NCBI GenBank assembly: GCA_047972995.1
Contig: JBKEBD010000002.1
Span: 204,330-268,329 of the forward strand
Direction of reading: 5' to 3'
DNA length: 64,000 nt
DNA from: Mangrovibacterium sp.
Lineage (GTDB): Bacteria; Bacteroidota; Bacteroidia; Bacteroidales; Prolixibacteraceae
The position numbers were made by a program, and so were the translations under genes. Position 1 is the stretch's first letter, and every line of letters starts with the position of its first letter. The notes beneath the pieces were generated by a model. It ran no database searches. It worked only from the letters and a program-made list of their open reading frames with translations, and was not told the DNA's origin. Shown here in pieces: positions 18,125 through 30,400 of the stretch.

Positions 18125-19504
18125 TTACAATTCTTTTATCTCTGTCATAATTCGCTTTGCCAAAGCATTAGCACTTTCTAAGCTAGTCGATTCGGCATAA
18201 ATACGAATGATTGGTTCGGTATTCGATTTGCGAAGGTGAACCCACTCATTGGCGAAATCAATTTTCACACCATCGATAGTAGTTACTCGCTCATGTGCAT
18301 ATTTCTTTTCCATCTGCACCAAAATAGCATCTACATTGATATCGGGAGTTAATTCAATTTTATTCTTCGAAATGAAGTAATCAGGATATGTTTTGCGCAA
18401 CTCTGAACACTTCATGCCCAATTTTGCCAACTGTGTTAAGAACAAGGCAATACCTACCAAAGCATCGCGACCGTAGTGGCTTGCTGGATAAATAACCCCT
18501 CCGTTTCCTTCTCCACCGATAACTGCATTGGTGGCTTTCATTTCATTCACCACGTTCACCTCGCCCACAGCCGATGCCGTATGACTTCCGCCATGTTTCT
18601 CGGTAATGACGCGCAAAGCTCGCGATGATGACATATTAGAAACCGTGTTACCCAGTGTGTGGCTCAACACATAATCGGCCACTGCCACCAAGGTATATTC
18701 TTCATTAAACATAGAACCGTCTTCGCTGATGATTGACAAACGATCAACATCGGGGTCAACCACGAAACACACATCTACTTGCTGTTCTTTCACAATTTGG
18801 CAAGTTTCTACCAAGTTTTCGGGCAGTGGTTCTGGAATATGAGCAAACTCTCCAGTAGGCTCTTCATTAATTGGCACAATGTTTTTTACGCCCAAAGCTT
18901 CTAGCAGCACAGGAATGGCCACACCGCCCACCGAATTTACGGCATCGAAAGCCACGGTAAAGCCCGCAGCACGAACAGCTTTAGCATCTACCAAATCTAA
19001 ATCGAGCACTTGGCTTACGTGTTCATCGGTGTAGTCTTTCTTTTTCATCTTACCAATGAAATCTACTTCGGCAAACTCGAAACTTTCTTCCTCGGCATAC
19101 TTCAAAATTAAAGCTCCCTCTTCGGCATTTAAGAATTCACCTTTGCCATTCAATAGCTTCAAGGCATTCCATTGCTTAGGATTATGGCTTGCGGTAAGAA
19201 TAATTCCGCCATCGGCCTCCTCGGTAGTTACAGCAATTTCTGTAGTTGGAGTGGTCGCCAAGCCAATATTAATAACGTTGGCTCCCATGCCCATGAGCGT
19301 GGCGCAAACTAATTGTTCTACCATCGGACCACTAATTCGGGCATCTCTACCCACCACCACTTTGGGTGCTGTTTGTGCTGATGCTGCAATCAGCCATTTA
19401 GCATATGATGCTGTGAACTTCACCACATCAACAGGAGAAAGTCCATCGCCAGACTTTCCGCCAATAGTTCCTCGAATTCCTGATATTGATTTTATTAAGG
19501 TCAT
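18125..19504 (-). CDS. glmM: Phosphoglucosamine mutase
   Basis: 459 aa with active-site TASHNPKQWNALK, the metal loop DPDVDR and alpha-D-phosphohexomutase architecture. Confidence 0.93.
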   Translation of the reverse strand: MTLIKSISGIRGTIGGKSGDGLSPVDVVKFTASYAKWLIAASAQTAPKVVVGRDARISGPMVEQLVCATLMGMGANVINIGLATTPTTEIAVTTEEADGGIILTASHNPKQWNALKLLNGKGEFLNAEEGALILKYAEEESFEFAEVDFIGKMKKKDYTDEHVSQVLDLDLVDAKAVRAAGFTVAFDAVNSVGGVAIPVLLEALGVKNIVPINEEPTGEFAHIPEPLPENLVETCQIVKEQQVDVCFVVDPDVDRLSIISEDGSMFNEEYTLVAVADYVLSHTLGNTVSNMSSSRALRVITEKHGGSHTASAVGEVNVVNEMKATNAVIGGEGNGGVIYPASHYGRDALVGIALFLTQLAKLGMKCSELRKTYPDYFISKNKIELTPDINVDAILVQMEKKYAHERVTTIDGVKIDFANEWVHLRKSNTEPIIRIYAESTSLESANALAKRIMTEIKEL

Positions 19505-19660
19505 TTTGTGTTGTTATTTTAATAAATGATGCTGTAAATGTAGTACTTTCAAATAGAATACGAAGCTCTCCCCCTCTATCTTGAAGAAAAAGCCAAAAAG
19601 AAAATCGCTAAAGCCACTAAAAATTTATTATTATTGTATGATAATAGCAGCTTTTCAACC

Positions 19661-21892
19661 ATGAACTACAACAGCGAAGAATTAACAGATCTTTTATCTC
19701 GCTTTATAAATACGACCAATCAGCATATTTTCCTCACGGGGAAGGCGGGGACTGGGAAAACTACATTTCTACGAAATTTAGCGCTCAACACGCATAAAAA
19801 AATGGTAATTGCTGCGCCCACAGGCATTGCAGCTATTAATGCAGGAGGGGTTACACTTCATTCGCTTTTTCAACTTCCTTTTGGTTCATTCTTGCCCGAC
19901 AACAATGGGCTCGATGTGCTCGAACATAGCACTGTAGCTTTCAACACCCCAAGCACCTTGTTTAAAGGATTTCATATGCACAAAAAGAAGCGCCAAATTT
20001 TGCAGCAAATGGAGTTATTGGTTATTGATGAAGTGAGTATGCTTCGTGCCGATTTGCTCGATACTATCGATTTGGTATTGCGCAGTGTGCGACGAGAAAA
20101 TCGTTATCCTTTTGGTGGAGTTCAAGTGCTTTTCATTGGCGATTTACTTCAGCTTCCCCCTGTGGTGAAGGATGAGGAGTGGCTGTATCTTTCGAAATAT
20201 TATAATAGCCCTTATTTCTTTGCTTCGCAGGTGTTGCAGCAAACTCCCATGCTTTATGTTGAGCTAGAGAAAATCTATCGCCAAACCGATGCTCGATTTA
20301 TAAACTTACTGAACAACTTACGAGAAAATACCATTACGGCTGCCGATATTGATGTGCTCAATGGCTTTTATCAGCCCGATTATCAGCAGAAAACCGACGA
20401 TGGTGTAATTATGCTAACTACACACAACCGTATTGCCGACGATAAAAATGCCTCTACATTGGCCATGCTTTCAGGTCATGAGAAGCGATTTAAATCCGAA
20501 GTAACAGGCGAATTCAACGAATATAATTATCCTGCCGAAGCCGAACTTGTGCTGAAAGTAGGGGCGCAGGTCATGTTCATTAAAAATGACTATTCGGGCG
20601 AGCAGCTTTATTTCAATGGCAAAATTGGCTTTGTGGAATCTTTCAACGATAGCGGAATTACGGTAGCATTTAACGATGGTTCTGCATCGGCTGTGGTGGA
20701 ACTTTACACGTGGGAAAACAAAAAATATGTGCTTAATAAAGGAAGTAACGAGATTGAAGAATCGGTAGCGGGTACATTCAAGCAGTATCCGTTGAAACTA
20801 GCATGGGCCATCACGGTGCATAAAAGTCAGGGGTTAACGTTCGATAAGGCAATTATTGATGTGAATCGCGCCTTTGCTCCTGGTCAGATTTATGTAGCAC
20901 TTTCGCGCTTGCGAGATATTAGCGGATTAATTCTCACCTCGAAAATTCCCGACCAAGGCATCCCTATCAGTGAAACACTGAAAGATTTCAGCAAACGAAA
21001 AAAAACAACAAATGAACTGCCGCCAATTTTACGTGCTGCATCCGATGCCTATTTGCAAAACTTCTGCTTAGATGCCTACGATTTTTCTCGATTGCTTTTT
21101 GAGCTTCGTTCTCATGCTGAAAGCTACAATAAAACCGAGAATAGATCGGAGAAACAGCAGCATAAAAATTGGGCATATAAACTCTTTGATGATACCCAAG
21201 ATTTGAAAAAAGTAGCCGATACTTTTCGTAATCAGATACACAAAATTATTTACGAAAAGACCGACGGTTATCTTGCCGTGCTTCATGAACGCATAGAAAA
21301 GTCTATTGGTTATTTTGAACCCTTAATCAAGGGGCAATATCAGAAAGTGCTTGATCATATGGAAAATATTCAGCAAACTAAAGGTGTGAAGGCTTATCGT
21401 TCGGAATTGGAAGATTTGGCAAGTGCATTCACCAATCAGTTGCAGCTCATTTATAAGGCGCAGTCTTTGCTGAAAGTTACGCAGGAAGGAAACAGCCTAG
21501 AGAAAGGCGATGTGAAAAAGCCAAAATTTAACCGAGTTACTTCTGCTCCAATCATTCGCGAAAGAAAAAAGAAGGAAACAAAGGCGAAGAAAATCCCCAC
21601 GCATGAAATATCTTATGAGCTATTTAAACAAGGGAAAACAATTGCACAAATTGCCCAAGAACGCACACTGATTAAAACAACTATTGAGGGGCACTTATCT
21701 AAATATATTGAAACTGGAGATATTGATATTAGTACCTTCGTTTCTGCCGACAAGGTAGAAACCATTAAGAAAGCGTTGCAAGGGAATTTGGGCGCGCAGC
21801 TCTCTGCTGTAAAAGAGGCATTAGGAAGTAATTATTCCTATGGCGAAATTAGAATGACTATCAGCCACCTGAAAGTCAAAGAAAAAGGGTAA
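19661..21892 (+). CDS. PIF1/RecD-like SF1 helicase with C-terminal helix-turn-helix domain
   Basis: Walker A GKAGTGKTTF and Walker B LVIDEVSML, motifs TVHKSQGLTF and YVALSR, and a C-terminal HTH-like segment (GKTIAQIAQERTLIKTTIEGHLSKY). The ATG at 19661 is preferred over the upstream TTG at 19634. Confidence 0.85.
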   Translation: MNYNSEELTDLLSRFINTTNQHIFLTGKAGTGKTTFLRNLALNTHKKMVIAAPTGIAAINAGGVTLHSLFQLPFGSFLPDNNGLDVLEHSTVAFNTPSTLFKGFHMHKKKRQILQQMELLVIDEVSMLRADLLDTIDLVLRSVRRENRYPFGGVQVLFIGDLLQLPPVVKDEEWLYLSKYYNSPYFFASQVLQQTPMLYVELEKIYRQTDARFINLLNNLRENTITAADIDVLNGFYQPDYQQKTDDGVIMLTTHNRIADDKNASTLAMLSGHEKRFKSEVTGEFNEYNYPAEAELVLKVGAQVMFIKNDYSGEQLYFNGKIGFVESFNDSGITVAFNDGSASAVVELYTWENKKYVLNKGSNEIEESVAGTFKQYPLKLAWAITVHKSQGLTFDKAIIDVNRAFAPGQIYVALSRLRDISGLILTSKIPDQGIPISETLKDFSKRKKTTNELPPILRAASDAYLQNFCLDAYDFSRLLFELRSHAESYNKTENRSEKQQHKNWAYKLFDDTQDLKKVADTFRNQIHKIIYEKTDGYLAVLHERIEKSIGYFEPLIKGQYQKVLDHMENIQQTKGVKAYRSELEDLASAFTNQLQLIYKAQSLLKVTQEGNSLEKGDVKKPKFNRVTSAPIIRERKKKETKAKKIPTHEISYELFKQGKTIAQIAQERTLIKTTIEGHLSKYIETGDIDISTFVSADKVETIKKALQGNLGAQLSAVKEALGSNYSYGEIRMTISHLKVKEKG

Positions 21893-21893
21893 A

Positions 21894-21935
21894 ACAAGAA
21901 CCAGCCGCAAACGAAAGTTTGCGGCTGGTTCTTGT
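21894..21935. terminator. Bidirectional terminator between the helicase gene and valS
   Basis: Perfect 19-bp stem ACAAGAACCAGCCGCAAAC / GTTTGCGGCTGGTTCTTGT with a GAAA loop, flanked by an A-run and a T-run. Confidence 0.9.
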
Positions 21936-21951
21936 TTGTTCAATAAGCTAA

Positions 21952-24567
21952 TTATTTCATCTTGGCAATTTGTTCTTCCAAGACTTTAATTTTAGCCTCA
22001 GCATCGGCTTGCTTAGCACGTTCTTTTGCTACCACAACTTCAGGGGCTCCACTCACAAATTTTTCATTGCTGAGCTTGCTCATCACCGATTTCAAGAATC
22101 CTTGTGTGTATTTTAGCTCTTCTTCTAGCTTGGCAAGTTCGGCTTCCATATCTACCATGTCGCCCATAGGCACAAAGAAAGTAGATGATTTCACCAAGAA
22201 TGACGATGCACCCGAAACTTCTTCGCTCACCTCGGTGTAGCTTGAAAGGTTTGCCATTTTCACTACTACCGAGTTTAAGTTCGCATCATATCCTTTGTCG
22301 CCCACCATGACGGCAAGTTCTAGCGTATCTTTGTTTGCAATGTTGTTTTTAGTACGAATATTACGCACGCCCGAAATGATTTCTTTGGTATCTTCAAAAA
22401 CGTTCAAGAATGCTTCATCGTAAGGTTTTGCTTCAGGCATTTGGCTCACCATGATGCTCTCGCCCGCTTTGCGCTCTTTCAACAATTGCCAGATTTCTTC
22501 TGAAATGAACGGCATGAACGGATGCAAGAAGCGCAATACTTCGTCGAAAATATCAATAAGTTCATCGTAAGTTTGCTTGTCGATAGGCTGTTGATAAGCC
22601 GGTTTTACCAACTCGAGCAACCAACCCGAGAACTCATCGCGCACGGTGTTGTAGGCAAGCATGAGAGCTTCCGAAATACGGAACTTGCTGAAGTGGTCGT
22701 TGCTTTGTTCGAGCACGGCGCTGAACTTTTGGCGGAACCAGTCGAGTGCCACTCGTGAGTGTTCGGGCTGCGCAATGGCATCGCTCACTTCCCATCCTTG
22801 CACAAGGCGGAAAGAGTTCCAAAGCTTCGTAACGAAGCCCGCTCCTTGCTGAGGCAGGCTTTCATCGAACAGCAAATCACCACCTGCAGGCGAGCAGAGC
22901 AACATACCTACGCGCACGCCATCGGCACCGTACTTGGAAATCAAATCTAATGGGTCGGGCGAGTTGCCCAACTGCTTACTCATTTTTCTTCCTTGTTTAT
23001 CGCGCACCATCCCAGTGAAATAGACATTCGAGAATGGTTTTTTGCCTTTAAACTCATAGCCCGCCATAATCATGCGAGCCACCCAGAAGAAAATAATATC
23101 GTGTCCTGTCACCAAGTCTGATGTAGGGTAATAATAGTCGATTTCTTTGTCGCTGTCGAAGCCATCAAACACCGAGATTGGCCACAGCCACGACGATGCC
23201 CATGTGTCAAGAACATCTTCATCTTGACGAAGATGGTCGGCAGTGATGCCTGCATTAAGAGCTTGCGCTTTTGTTAAGGCTTCTTCGGCTGATTTCGCCA
23301 CTACAAATTCGCCGCTAGGCAAGTAATAAACCGGTATGCGGTGCCCCCAATAAAGCTGACGAGAGATACACCAGTCTTTCACGTTCTCCATCCAGTGGCG
23401 ATAGACATTTTTGAATTTCGCAGGGTGGAATTGCACTTCATCGTTCATCACCGCATCGAGAGCTATTTGCGCCATGTCTGTCATTTTCAAGAACCATTGC
23501 GCCGAAAGTTTCGGTTCAATCACACAGCCTGTGCGCTCTGAAGTACCCACTTTATTTACATAGTCTTCCACTTTGTGGAGATTGCCTTCTGCTTCAAGCA
23601 TTGGAATTATTTCCTCGCGCACCGCAAAGCGATCTTTGCCCACAAACATACTGGCAGCTTCGCTAAGCGTGCCGTTGTCATTCAGAATGTTAATGCTTTC
23701 GAGATTGTGGCGCATACCGATTTCATAGTCGTTGATGTCATGCGCAGGCGTGATTTTCAAGCAACCTGTTCCGAACTCCATATCCACATATTCATCTTCG
23801 ATGATTGGGATTTTACGACCAATCAAAGGCACAATCACTTTCTTGCCTTTCAGGTGGGCGAAGCGTTCATCGTTGGGGTTGACACACACGGCAGTATCTC
23901 CCAAGATAGTTTCCGGACGTGTGGTGGCGATGATTACATGGTCGGTGCTGCCTACAATCTGATATTTCAGGTAATATAGTTTCGATTGCACTTCTTTGTG
24001 AATCACTTCTTCGTCCGACACGGCGGTGAGGGCATCAGAGTCCCAGTTCACCATGCGCACACCACGATAGATTAATCCTTTTTCGTAGAGTTGTACGAAA
24101 GTGTCAATCACAGCTTTGCTTCGGGTTTCATCGAGGGTGAAGCAGGTGCGATCCCAGTCGCAGCTTGCACCGAGTTTCTTCAACTGTTCCAAAATGATAC
24201 CGCCATGCTCGTCGGTCCATTCCCAAGCGTGTTTTAAGAATTCATCGCGCGATAGGTCGAATTTAGAAATTCCTTTTTGTGCCAAACGATTGGTTACCTT
24301 AGCTTCGGTAGCAATAGAGGCGTGGTCGGTACCGGGTACCCAGCAAGCATTTTTCCCTAAAAGACGAGCACGACGTACCAAGATATCTTGAATGGTGTTA
24401 TTGAGCATATGCCCCATGTGCAACACTCCCGTTACGTTTGGTGGAGGAATCACCACCGTATAAGCCTCACGTTCATCGGGTTCAGAATAGAAGAACTTTT
24501 GTTCCAACCAATATTTATACCATTTGTTTTCGATGCTTTGCGCATCATACTTGCTTGGGATTTCCAT
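21952..24567 (-). CDS. valS: Valine--tRNA ligase
   Basis: HIGH motif ([13 protein letters not shown]), KMSKS ([11 protein letters not shown]) and a C-terminal coiled coil. The internal ATG ([20 protein letters not shown]) is preferred as the start. Confidence 0.97.
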   Translation of the reverse strand: MEIPSKYDAQSIENKWYKYWLEQKFFYSEPDEREAYTVVIPPPNVTGVLHMGHMLNNTIQDILVRRARLLGKNACWVPGTDHASIATEAKVTNRLAQKGISKFDLSRDEFLKHAWEWTDEHGGIILEQLKKLGASCDWDRTCFTLDETRSKAVIDTFVQLYEKGLIYRGVRMVNWDSDALTAVSDEEVIHKEVQSKLYYLKYQIVGSTDHVIIATTRPETILGDTAVCVNPNDERFAHLKGKKVIVPLIGRKIPIIEDEYVDMEFGTGCLKITPAHDINDYEIGMRHNLESINILNDNGTLSEAASMFVGKDRFAVREEIIPMLEAEGNLHKVEDYVNKVGTSERTGCVIEPKLSAQWFLKMTDMAQIALDAVMNDEVQFHPAKFKNVYRHWMENVKDWCISRQLYWGHRIPVYYLPSGEFVVAKSAEEALTKAQALNAGITADHLRQDEDVLDTWASSWLWPISVFDGFDSDKEIDYYYPTSDLVTGHDIIFFWVARMIMAGYEFKGKKPFSNVYFTGMVRDKQGRKMSKQLGNSPDPLDLISKYGADGVRVGMLLCSPAGGDLLFDESLPQQGAGFVTKLWNSFRLVQGWEVSDAIAQPEHSRVALDWFRQKFSAVLEQSNDHFSKFRISEALMLAYNTVRDEFSGWLLELVKPAYQQPIDKQTYDELIDIFDEVLRFLHPFMPFISEEIWQLLKERKAGESIMVSQMPEAKPYDEAFLNVFEDTKEIISGVRNIRTKNNIANKDTLELAVMVGDKGYDANLNSVVVKMANLSSYTEVSEEVSGASSFLVKSSTFFVPMGDMVDMEAELAKLEEELKYTQGFLKSVMSKLSNEKFVSGAPEVVVAKERAKQADAEAKIKVLEEQIAKMK

Positions 24568-24643
24568 GTATTTAAAGTTGCAGTCCCTTCCTGCTTCCAC
24601 TACGGAGAGAGCTGAAAGACACTAGGTTTATCTAATAAAGGTG

Positions 24644-24651
24644 CAAAAATA
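24644..24651 (-). promoter_or_regulatory. -7 box for valS (minus strand TATTTTTG)
   Basis: Plus strand CAAAAATA, 77 nt upstream of the ATG at 24567. Confidence 0.4.
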
Positions 24652-25001
24652 CGAAAATAGTTTAGATTTAAATGAAAGGGTGGCTGCTTGTGTTTATATT
24701 CGAGAAGTGGAGAGTTCTTTTCGCTGCCTAAGGACCGGATTTGCATCCAATCTACCACAAGTCAGACCAAGCAACACAGGTGCACTTACATTTGGGGTTG
24801 ATATCGTATTGGTTTGTCAACACCATACGCTACAAGTTGAAGAGTCAAGGAATACGAGAGGAGGTAAGGCATAAGATGAACACCAAAAATTTGTAGTGCA
24901 CAGATGTGAAAATCAAAAAAATGTGAGTGTTGGTACTTAGGAAGTTATGGAGATTGGGTTGCAATGTGGGCTAAGAACTAGCACTTTTTGTCGGGGTTTA
25001 T

Positions 25002-25009
25002 TATCTTTG
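25002..25009 (+). promoter_or_regulatory. -7 box (TATCTTTG) for dsbD
   Basis: TAnnTTTG match 31 nt upstream of the ATG at 25040. A TTTG lies about 12 nt further upstream. Confidence 0.45.
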
Positions 25010-25039
25010 TGAACCTATTTACAATAAAAATTAAAGTTC

Positions 25040-27160
25040 ATGAGAAGATTTATAGTTTTATTTGCGTTCTTATTGGCACAACTCGGTTCATTTGCCCAAG
25101 TTTTAGAACCCGTAAAATGGTCATTCAATGCTGTTGAAAAAGGCGATGAAGTAGTTTTAAATTTTAAAGCTACAATCGACGACCATTGGCATCTATACGA
25201 CCGTAACCTTCCAGAAGGAGGACCTATTTCAACGGAGTTTATCTTTGAAAACGAAAGTAGTTTCGAAAAAATTGGCGAGATGACCACGTCGCCAAAACCA
25301 ATTGATATTCATGACAGCACTTTCGATATGCAGTTGCGCTATTTCGAGAAAGAAGTAACTTTCTCTCAACGCGTGAAAATTAAAGATTCAAACATTAAAA
25401 GCATTGATGGCTACGTTACATTCATGAGCTGCGACGATGAAAGCTGTCTTCCCCCTACCGATATAGATTTCAGTTTCAAAGTGAGCCATAAGAAAACTGC
25501 ACTCCAAACCGAAGCTAAAGCAACGCCTGCACAAACAAGTGTTACCGCTACTAAAGTAGATCCAGCACCTACAAAAGCCGTTAACACTCCTGCTCTTCCC
25601 GAAGAAACAGCAGCCGAGTCTACTCCTGAAGTAGTGCAATCGAATGATGCTGTGGCTACCAAAGCAACTAACAATGTAAGCACAGAACCCGTTCAAGAAA
25701 AAGATTCTTCATTGTGGGTGTTCTTCTTAGTGTCATTCCTTGCGGGTTTAGCTGCCATTCTTACTCCTTGTGTGTTCCCTATGATTCCGATGACGGTGTC
25801 ATTCTTCATGCACAGTGGGAAGAGCAAAGCGGAAAGCCGTATGCACGCGATCTTCTATGGTTTGTCTATTGTAGCAATTTACACCATTATCGGAACTATT
25901 GTAGCTATCGTTTTTGGTCCTGACATTGCCAACTGGCTAAGCACACACTGGATTCCCAACCTTATTTTCTTTGTGGTTTTCATGCTTTTTGCATTCTCAT
26001 TTTTTGGAATGTTCGAAATTACTTTGCCTAGCTCATTGGTGAACAAAAGCGACAAAGGAGTGGACAAAGGTGGATATATGGGTGCATTCTTCATGGCATT
26101 GACTTTAGTGCTTGTTTCATTCTCATGCACAGGACCTATTGTTGGCGCTATCTTGGTGCAATCAGCTGGTGGTGCAATATTGAAACCAATCATCGGTATG
26201 CTCGGATTCTCTTTAGCCTTCGCTTTGCCATTCACCCTATTTGCATTCTTCCCATCGTGGTTGAGCAATTTGCCTAAATCGGGCGGTTGGTTGAACTCGG
26301 TGAAAGTAGTACTTGGTTTCTTAGAATTGGCATTAGGTTTGAAGTTCTTAAGCATTGCCGACCAAACTTACCACTGGGGAATTTTAGACCGTGAAGTGTA
26401 TCTAGCTTTGTGGATTGTTATCTTCACTTTGCTTGGTTTCTACTTATTGGGCAAACTGAAATTTTCGCACGACAGCGATGTTAAACACATTTCTGTTCCT
26501 CGATTGATACTTTCAATTGCTAGTTTCAGCTTTGTAGTGTATATGATTCCCGGAATGTTCGGCGCACCTCTAAAAGCTATCTCTGGTTATATGCCTCCAA
26601 TGTCAACTCAAGATTTTAATTTGCGTGAAGTGGTGAGAGATGAAATTAAGCTTTCGGGTGGATTGTCTGCTAACAATGACTTCACCGAAACTCATGTAAA
26701 ATATGCTGATTTCCTTCACCTTCCTCTAGGTTTAGATGGATTCTTTGACTATGAGCAAGGAATGGCTTACGCCAAAGAAAAAGGTAAGCCTGTATTCATC
26801 GATTTTACAGGACACGGTTGTGTGAACTGTAGAGAAATGGAAGCAGCAGTATGGAGTGATCCTCGTGTGCTTCAAATTCTAAAAAATGACTACGTGGTTA
26901 TTGCACTATATGTTGATGATAAGACAAAATTGCCAGAAAGCGAATGGATTACTTCTGAGCGTGACGGCAAGGTGAAAAAAACCTTAGGCAAGAAAAATGC
27001 CGATTTCCAAATTGTGGAATATGGCACTAATGCACAGCCTTATTACGTATTGCTTAACAACGAAGGCGAAAAACTAAGCCTACCTAAAGCTTACGACCTC
27101 AACCCCGACAACTTTGTACAGTTCTTGGAAGATGGTTTAAAAGCGTACCATGCTAAATAA
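25040..27160 (+). CDS. dsbD: Thiol:disulfide interchange protein DsbD (protein-disulfide reductase)
   Basis: 706 aa with a signal peptide, an N-terminal periplasmic domain, a T/A/P-rich linker, a TM core with Cys in CVFPMIP and FSCTGPI, and a C-terminal thioredoxin fold GHGCVNCREME. Confidence 0.9.
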   Translation: MRRFIVLFAFLLAQLGSFAQVLEPVKWSFNAVEKGDEVVLNFKATIDDHWHLYDRNLPEGGPISTEFIFENESSFEKIGEMTTSPKPIDIHDSTFDMQLRYFEKEVTFSQRVKIKDSNIKSIDGYVTFMSCDDESCLPPTDIDFSFKVSHKKTALQTEAKATPAQTSVTATKVDPAPTKAVNTPALPEETAAESTPEVVQSNDAVATKATNNVSTEPVQEKDSSLWVFFLVSFLAGLAAILTPCVFPMIPMTVSFFMHSGKSKAESRMHAIFYGLSIVAIYTIIGTIVAIVFGPDIANWLSTHWIPNLIFFVVFMLFAFSFFGMFEITLPSSLVNKSDKGVDKGGYMGAFFMALTLVLVSFSCTGPIVGAILVQSAGGAILKPIIGMLGFSLAFALPFTLFAFFPSWLSNLPKSGGWLNSVKVVLGFLELALGLKFLSIADQTYHWGILDREVYLALWIVIFTLLGFYLLGKLKFSHDSDVKHISVPRLILSIASFSFVVYMIPGMFGAPLKAISGYMPPMSTQDFNLREVVRDEIKLSGGLSANNDFTETHVKYADFLHLPLGLDGFFDYEQGMAYAKEKGKPVFIDFTGHGCVNCREMEAAVWSDPRVLQILKNDYVVIALYVDDKTKLPESEWITSERDGKVKKTLGKKNADFQIVEYGTNAQPYYVLLNNEGEKLSLPKAYDLNPDNFVQFLEDGLKAYHAK

Positions 27161-27181
27161 GCTTACAACTTAATATACAAT

Positions 27182-27217
27182 GAGGGCACCCCATCACGGA
27201 GTGCCCTCATTTGTTTT
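27182..27217 (+). terminator. Rho-independent terminator of dsbD
   Basis: GAGGGCAC / GTGCCCTC 8-bp stem followed by ATTTGTTTT. Confidence 0.8.
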
Positions 27218-27452
27218 ATATATTCTGTTTCTGGCGTGTATCCCTTCGACCAACTACCTAATTTTTGGTCTTTGAGTAATATCCCAAACGCTCAAATTCA
27301 TGAATTTTGGTCTTTGGTAAACTCAGCCCCTTCCTTAACCCGACAATACCTCCTCAAAAGCAGAACTCAGTTTAATGGACAACAAAACGGAGAAGGGAGG
27401 AGAAATATTTCTACTTTATATTATCGACACAAGTGTGTTGAACTTTAATGCT

Positions 27453-30400
27453 TTAGTCTAGCGAATGGTAATCTTTAGCTGCATCTTCCGATGAGTGGTG
27501 AGAAGCTGTTCTAGAATTATTGAGCATATTTACTCGTCGATGCTCTTCTCGTCCTTTCTTCCAGTTCTGCACATAATTTATTAGTTTGCGCAATACATCG
27601 AAATACAACAAAACCGAAAGGAGGGCTGTCAGCATCCAAAGTATGATGATATTAAACCATACCGTTGGTATTTTTAATGAACCTACCAACTTATATGGAG
27701 CATAAAAATGCGCTCTCCCATTCCGATCTGTAGGCAAACGCAATATCGGCTCATCAACCTGGCAGATGCGATTATCTAATATCTGTGTTTTCTTACCTGA
27801 ATACTGGTCGCGAACAAAGATTGCCAATTTTTCATTTACATAGTTGCTTTTATAAGCCTCTAGCGCAATTTTATCGCCTTCAAATTCATTTAACAGCTCA
27901 TCATAAGAGTTTTTCAATCTCTCATTCGTTTGCTTAAATTTCTGTTTAAACAGCTCTTGTGTTGAGTCTAAGTATGCTATTACCTCATCTATGGACAACG
28001 TGTGCACACTACCCTGTTTCAGATGCAGTACTTGCTTTTGCAAAGCTTCAGGTAGCGGGGCTTCTTTGTGCAAATCTAACAATGAATTTACCAATATGGG
28101 TTTAAGCAATTGCCCTTGTGGACTAGCACTCAAATCATGTATTTTTTGGTAAGCAGCCACCGTGCGTCTCACTTCTGGAATATAATAGAACGTGGCAAAA
28201 CTCCATTTATTTTTTTCAATTTCATCATCAAAGAAATGCTGCTCATAATCGTTGTCGGTATAAAAATGCACAGCCATGGCTTCATACGACCAGCGAGCAG
28301 CCATCATATCGCCAATAACAGGCGTGTGCTTGGGCGAACTGATGGCAGGATGCATCTTGTTGAAATCAACAATAGCACCGCTAAGCAGCAGTTGAGGAAC
28401 TAGCATTAGCGGCACCAAAATGTATATTGCCACAGCCGAATCAAGTCCCGATGAAAGATTGAGTCCAAGCAAGTTTGCCAAGCAAGCCGTTGAGAAAAGC
28501 ACCATCCACGAGCCAAAAGTCAACCCCTGTATATCGAGCATAAGATTTCCTATCACCGCAAAACAAATCATTTGAAAAGCCGATATGGCAAACAACATCA
28601 TAATTTTGGCCGAAAGATAAGCTCCCTTACTCAAGTTCAAGAACTCCTCTCGCTGCCTAATTTTTCGATCTTTAAATATTTCCTCAGCACTCAACGACAG
28701 CCCCACAAACAGAGCTACAATTACACTCATAAAAATGAATGGTGGGATGTTGTTATTTTTGCTAAACAGGTAATTCCCCACTTCGCCATAGCGCGTGAAG
28801 AAGCCTAAAATAAGTGCCAAAATCGGAGCCTCTAGCAGAGCAATCGCCAAGTATTGTTTGTTTGAACGCTTCGATGCAAAATCTCGTTTAAAGAACAATC
28901 GAAATTGCGACATCCATTGTGGTCTGCTAAAAGGCGTGGGTGGAATTTCTTCTTTTTCCACCGGATTTGAGCGTATGAATTCGAGCACACGAGGTTCAAC
29001 TTTTGCTTTATATTTTGCATACCACTCTTCGGCAGATACCTTACGCTTACGAATGGTTTTCCCCATAGGGTCAACCATGCGTGCTTCCAAGATTTGCAAT
29101 GGCTGCTCGGTTTTTACATTACCACAAGTGAGGCATTCACTTTCATCAGGATTCACATAGTTAGCCTCATTTTTGAAATAAGTAATCAACTCCCGAGGGT
29201 TGCCAAAGAACACAATTCGACCACCTGCATCCATTACGATAACGCGGTCGAAAAGCTTGTAAATGTCAGATGATGGTTGATGAATATTGGCAAACACCAA
29301 ACGTCCTTTTAAACATTGTTTTTTGAACAAGTACATCACCTTTTCAGAGTCGGCAGAACTTAATCCCGATGTAGGTTCATCTACAAAAAGCAGCGAGGGT
29401 TCCCGCATGAGCTCTAATGCTATGTTCAAACGCTTGCGTTGCCCACCACTCAGTATTTTCCGTAGAGGGTTTCCCACCACTAAATCGCGCGCTTCCATAA
29501 GGTTGAAATCGCGAAGTGTTTGCTCTATTTTCTCTTCAATCTGCTCAGGCTTCATCTTCCCGAAACAGAATTGTGCATTATATTTTAGGTTATCATACAC
29601 CGTAAGTTCCTCAATGAGTAAATCATCTTGAGGCACATAACCAATTACCCCACTCAGCTTTTCTTCATTGGCTTTATCATGCACATCATAGCCATTGATG
29701 GTAACCTTTCCCTTGTTTGGCTTCAACTTACCACAAAGCACATTAAGCAAAGTGGTTTTCCCCACTCCACTCCCTCCAATAATACCTACTAATTCTCCCG
29801 ATTGCTCTTGAAAGCTCAACTCATGCAACCCCTTCGTTTTCCTATTGAAATCGTACTCCACCTTATCTACATTGAATGCAATGATGGCTTGATTTTCTAG
29901 CTTAATGAAGGTGCTCATGACCGAGCTATAATACATGGGCAGCATTCGCGATGTTTTCAGAACGCCTCCTTGGGGAAACGGATAGAGCAAGTTCTGATTC
30001 AAACGATGCCCATTAAGGTAAAGATTTCGAGGTCCGCTATATCGGAAATATAGCATATTGATGCTCGGAATGTGAATGAATCTGATTTCTACGGTTTGCC
30101 GTTCCCGATAAAGGTGTTTAATGCCCGGATAGATTGTTTTGTGGCGTCCATCGGCAATGAGTAGCCAATCGTTTTTGTCCACATCGCCCATATCGCCCAC
30201 CGCAAAATGGAATAAATTACGGTAATCATCGGGGTTAATATTCAACTGATTGGCTACAGTTTGTGTAATTTGCAAACCCAAACGATAAACACCGTATCCG
30301 CTGCTAATGAAATTCAGCAATTGGTTTATAATGGTGAATCGCACTTGCATATCGTTGTGCGTGCTAATTCCCTTGCAAATGTTGCTAATGTGTTTCTGGT

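Noticed and set aside
24641-24874. 77-aa plus-strand ORF in the valS-dsbD divergent spacer.
   Set aside because: It has no promoter box or terminator and a composition unlike neighbouring genes. It begins inside the likely valS promoter. The spacer may hold decayed sequence, but I cannot support a gene.
27260-27321. Direct repeat A(T)TTTTGGTCTTTG(A/G)GTAA x2, 43 bp apart, downstream of dsbD and the ABC gene.
   Set aside because: It is short (12 exact nt) and T-rich, in a convergent spacer with no gene to regulate. The 70-aa ORF over it (27236-27448) has no signals. It was kept only as a note.
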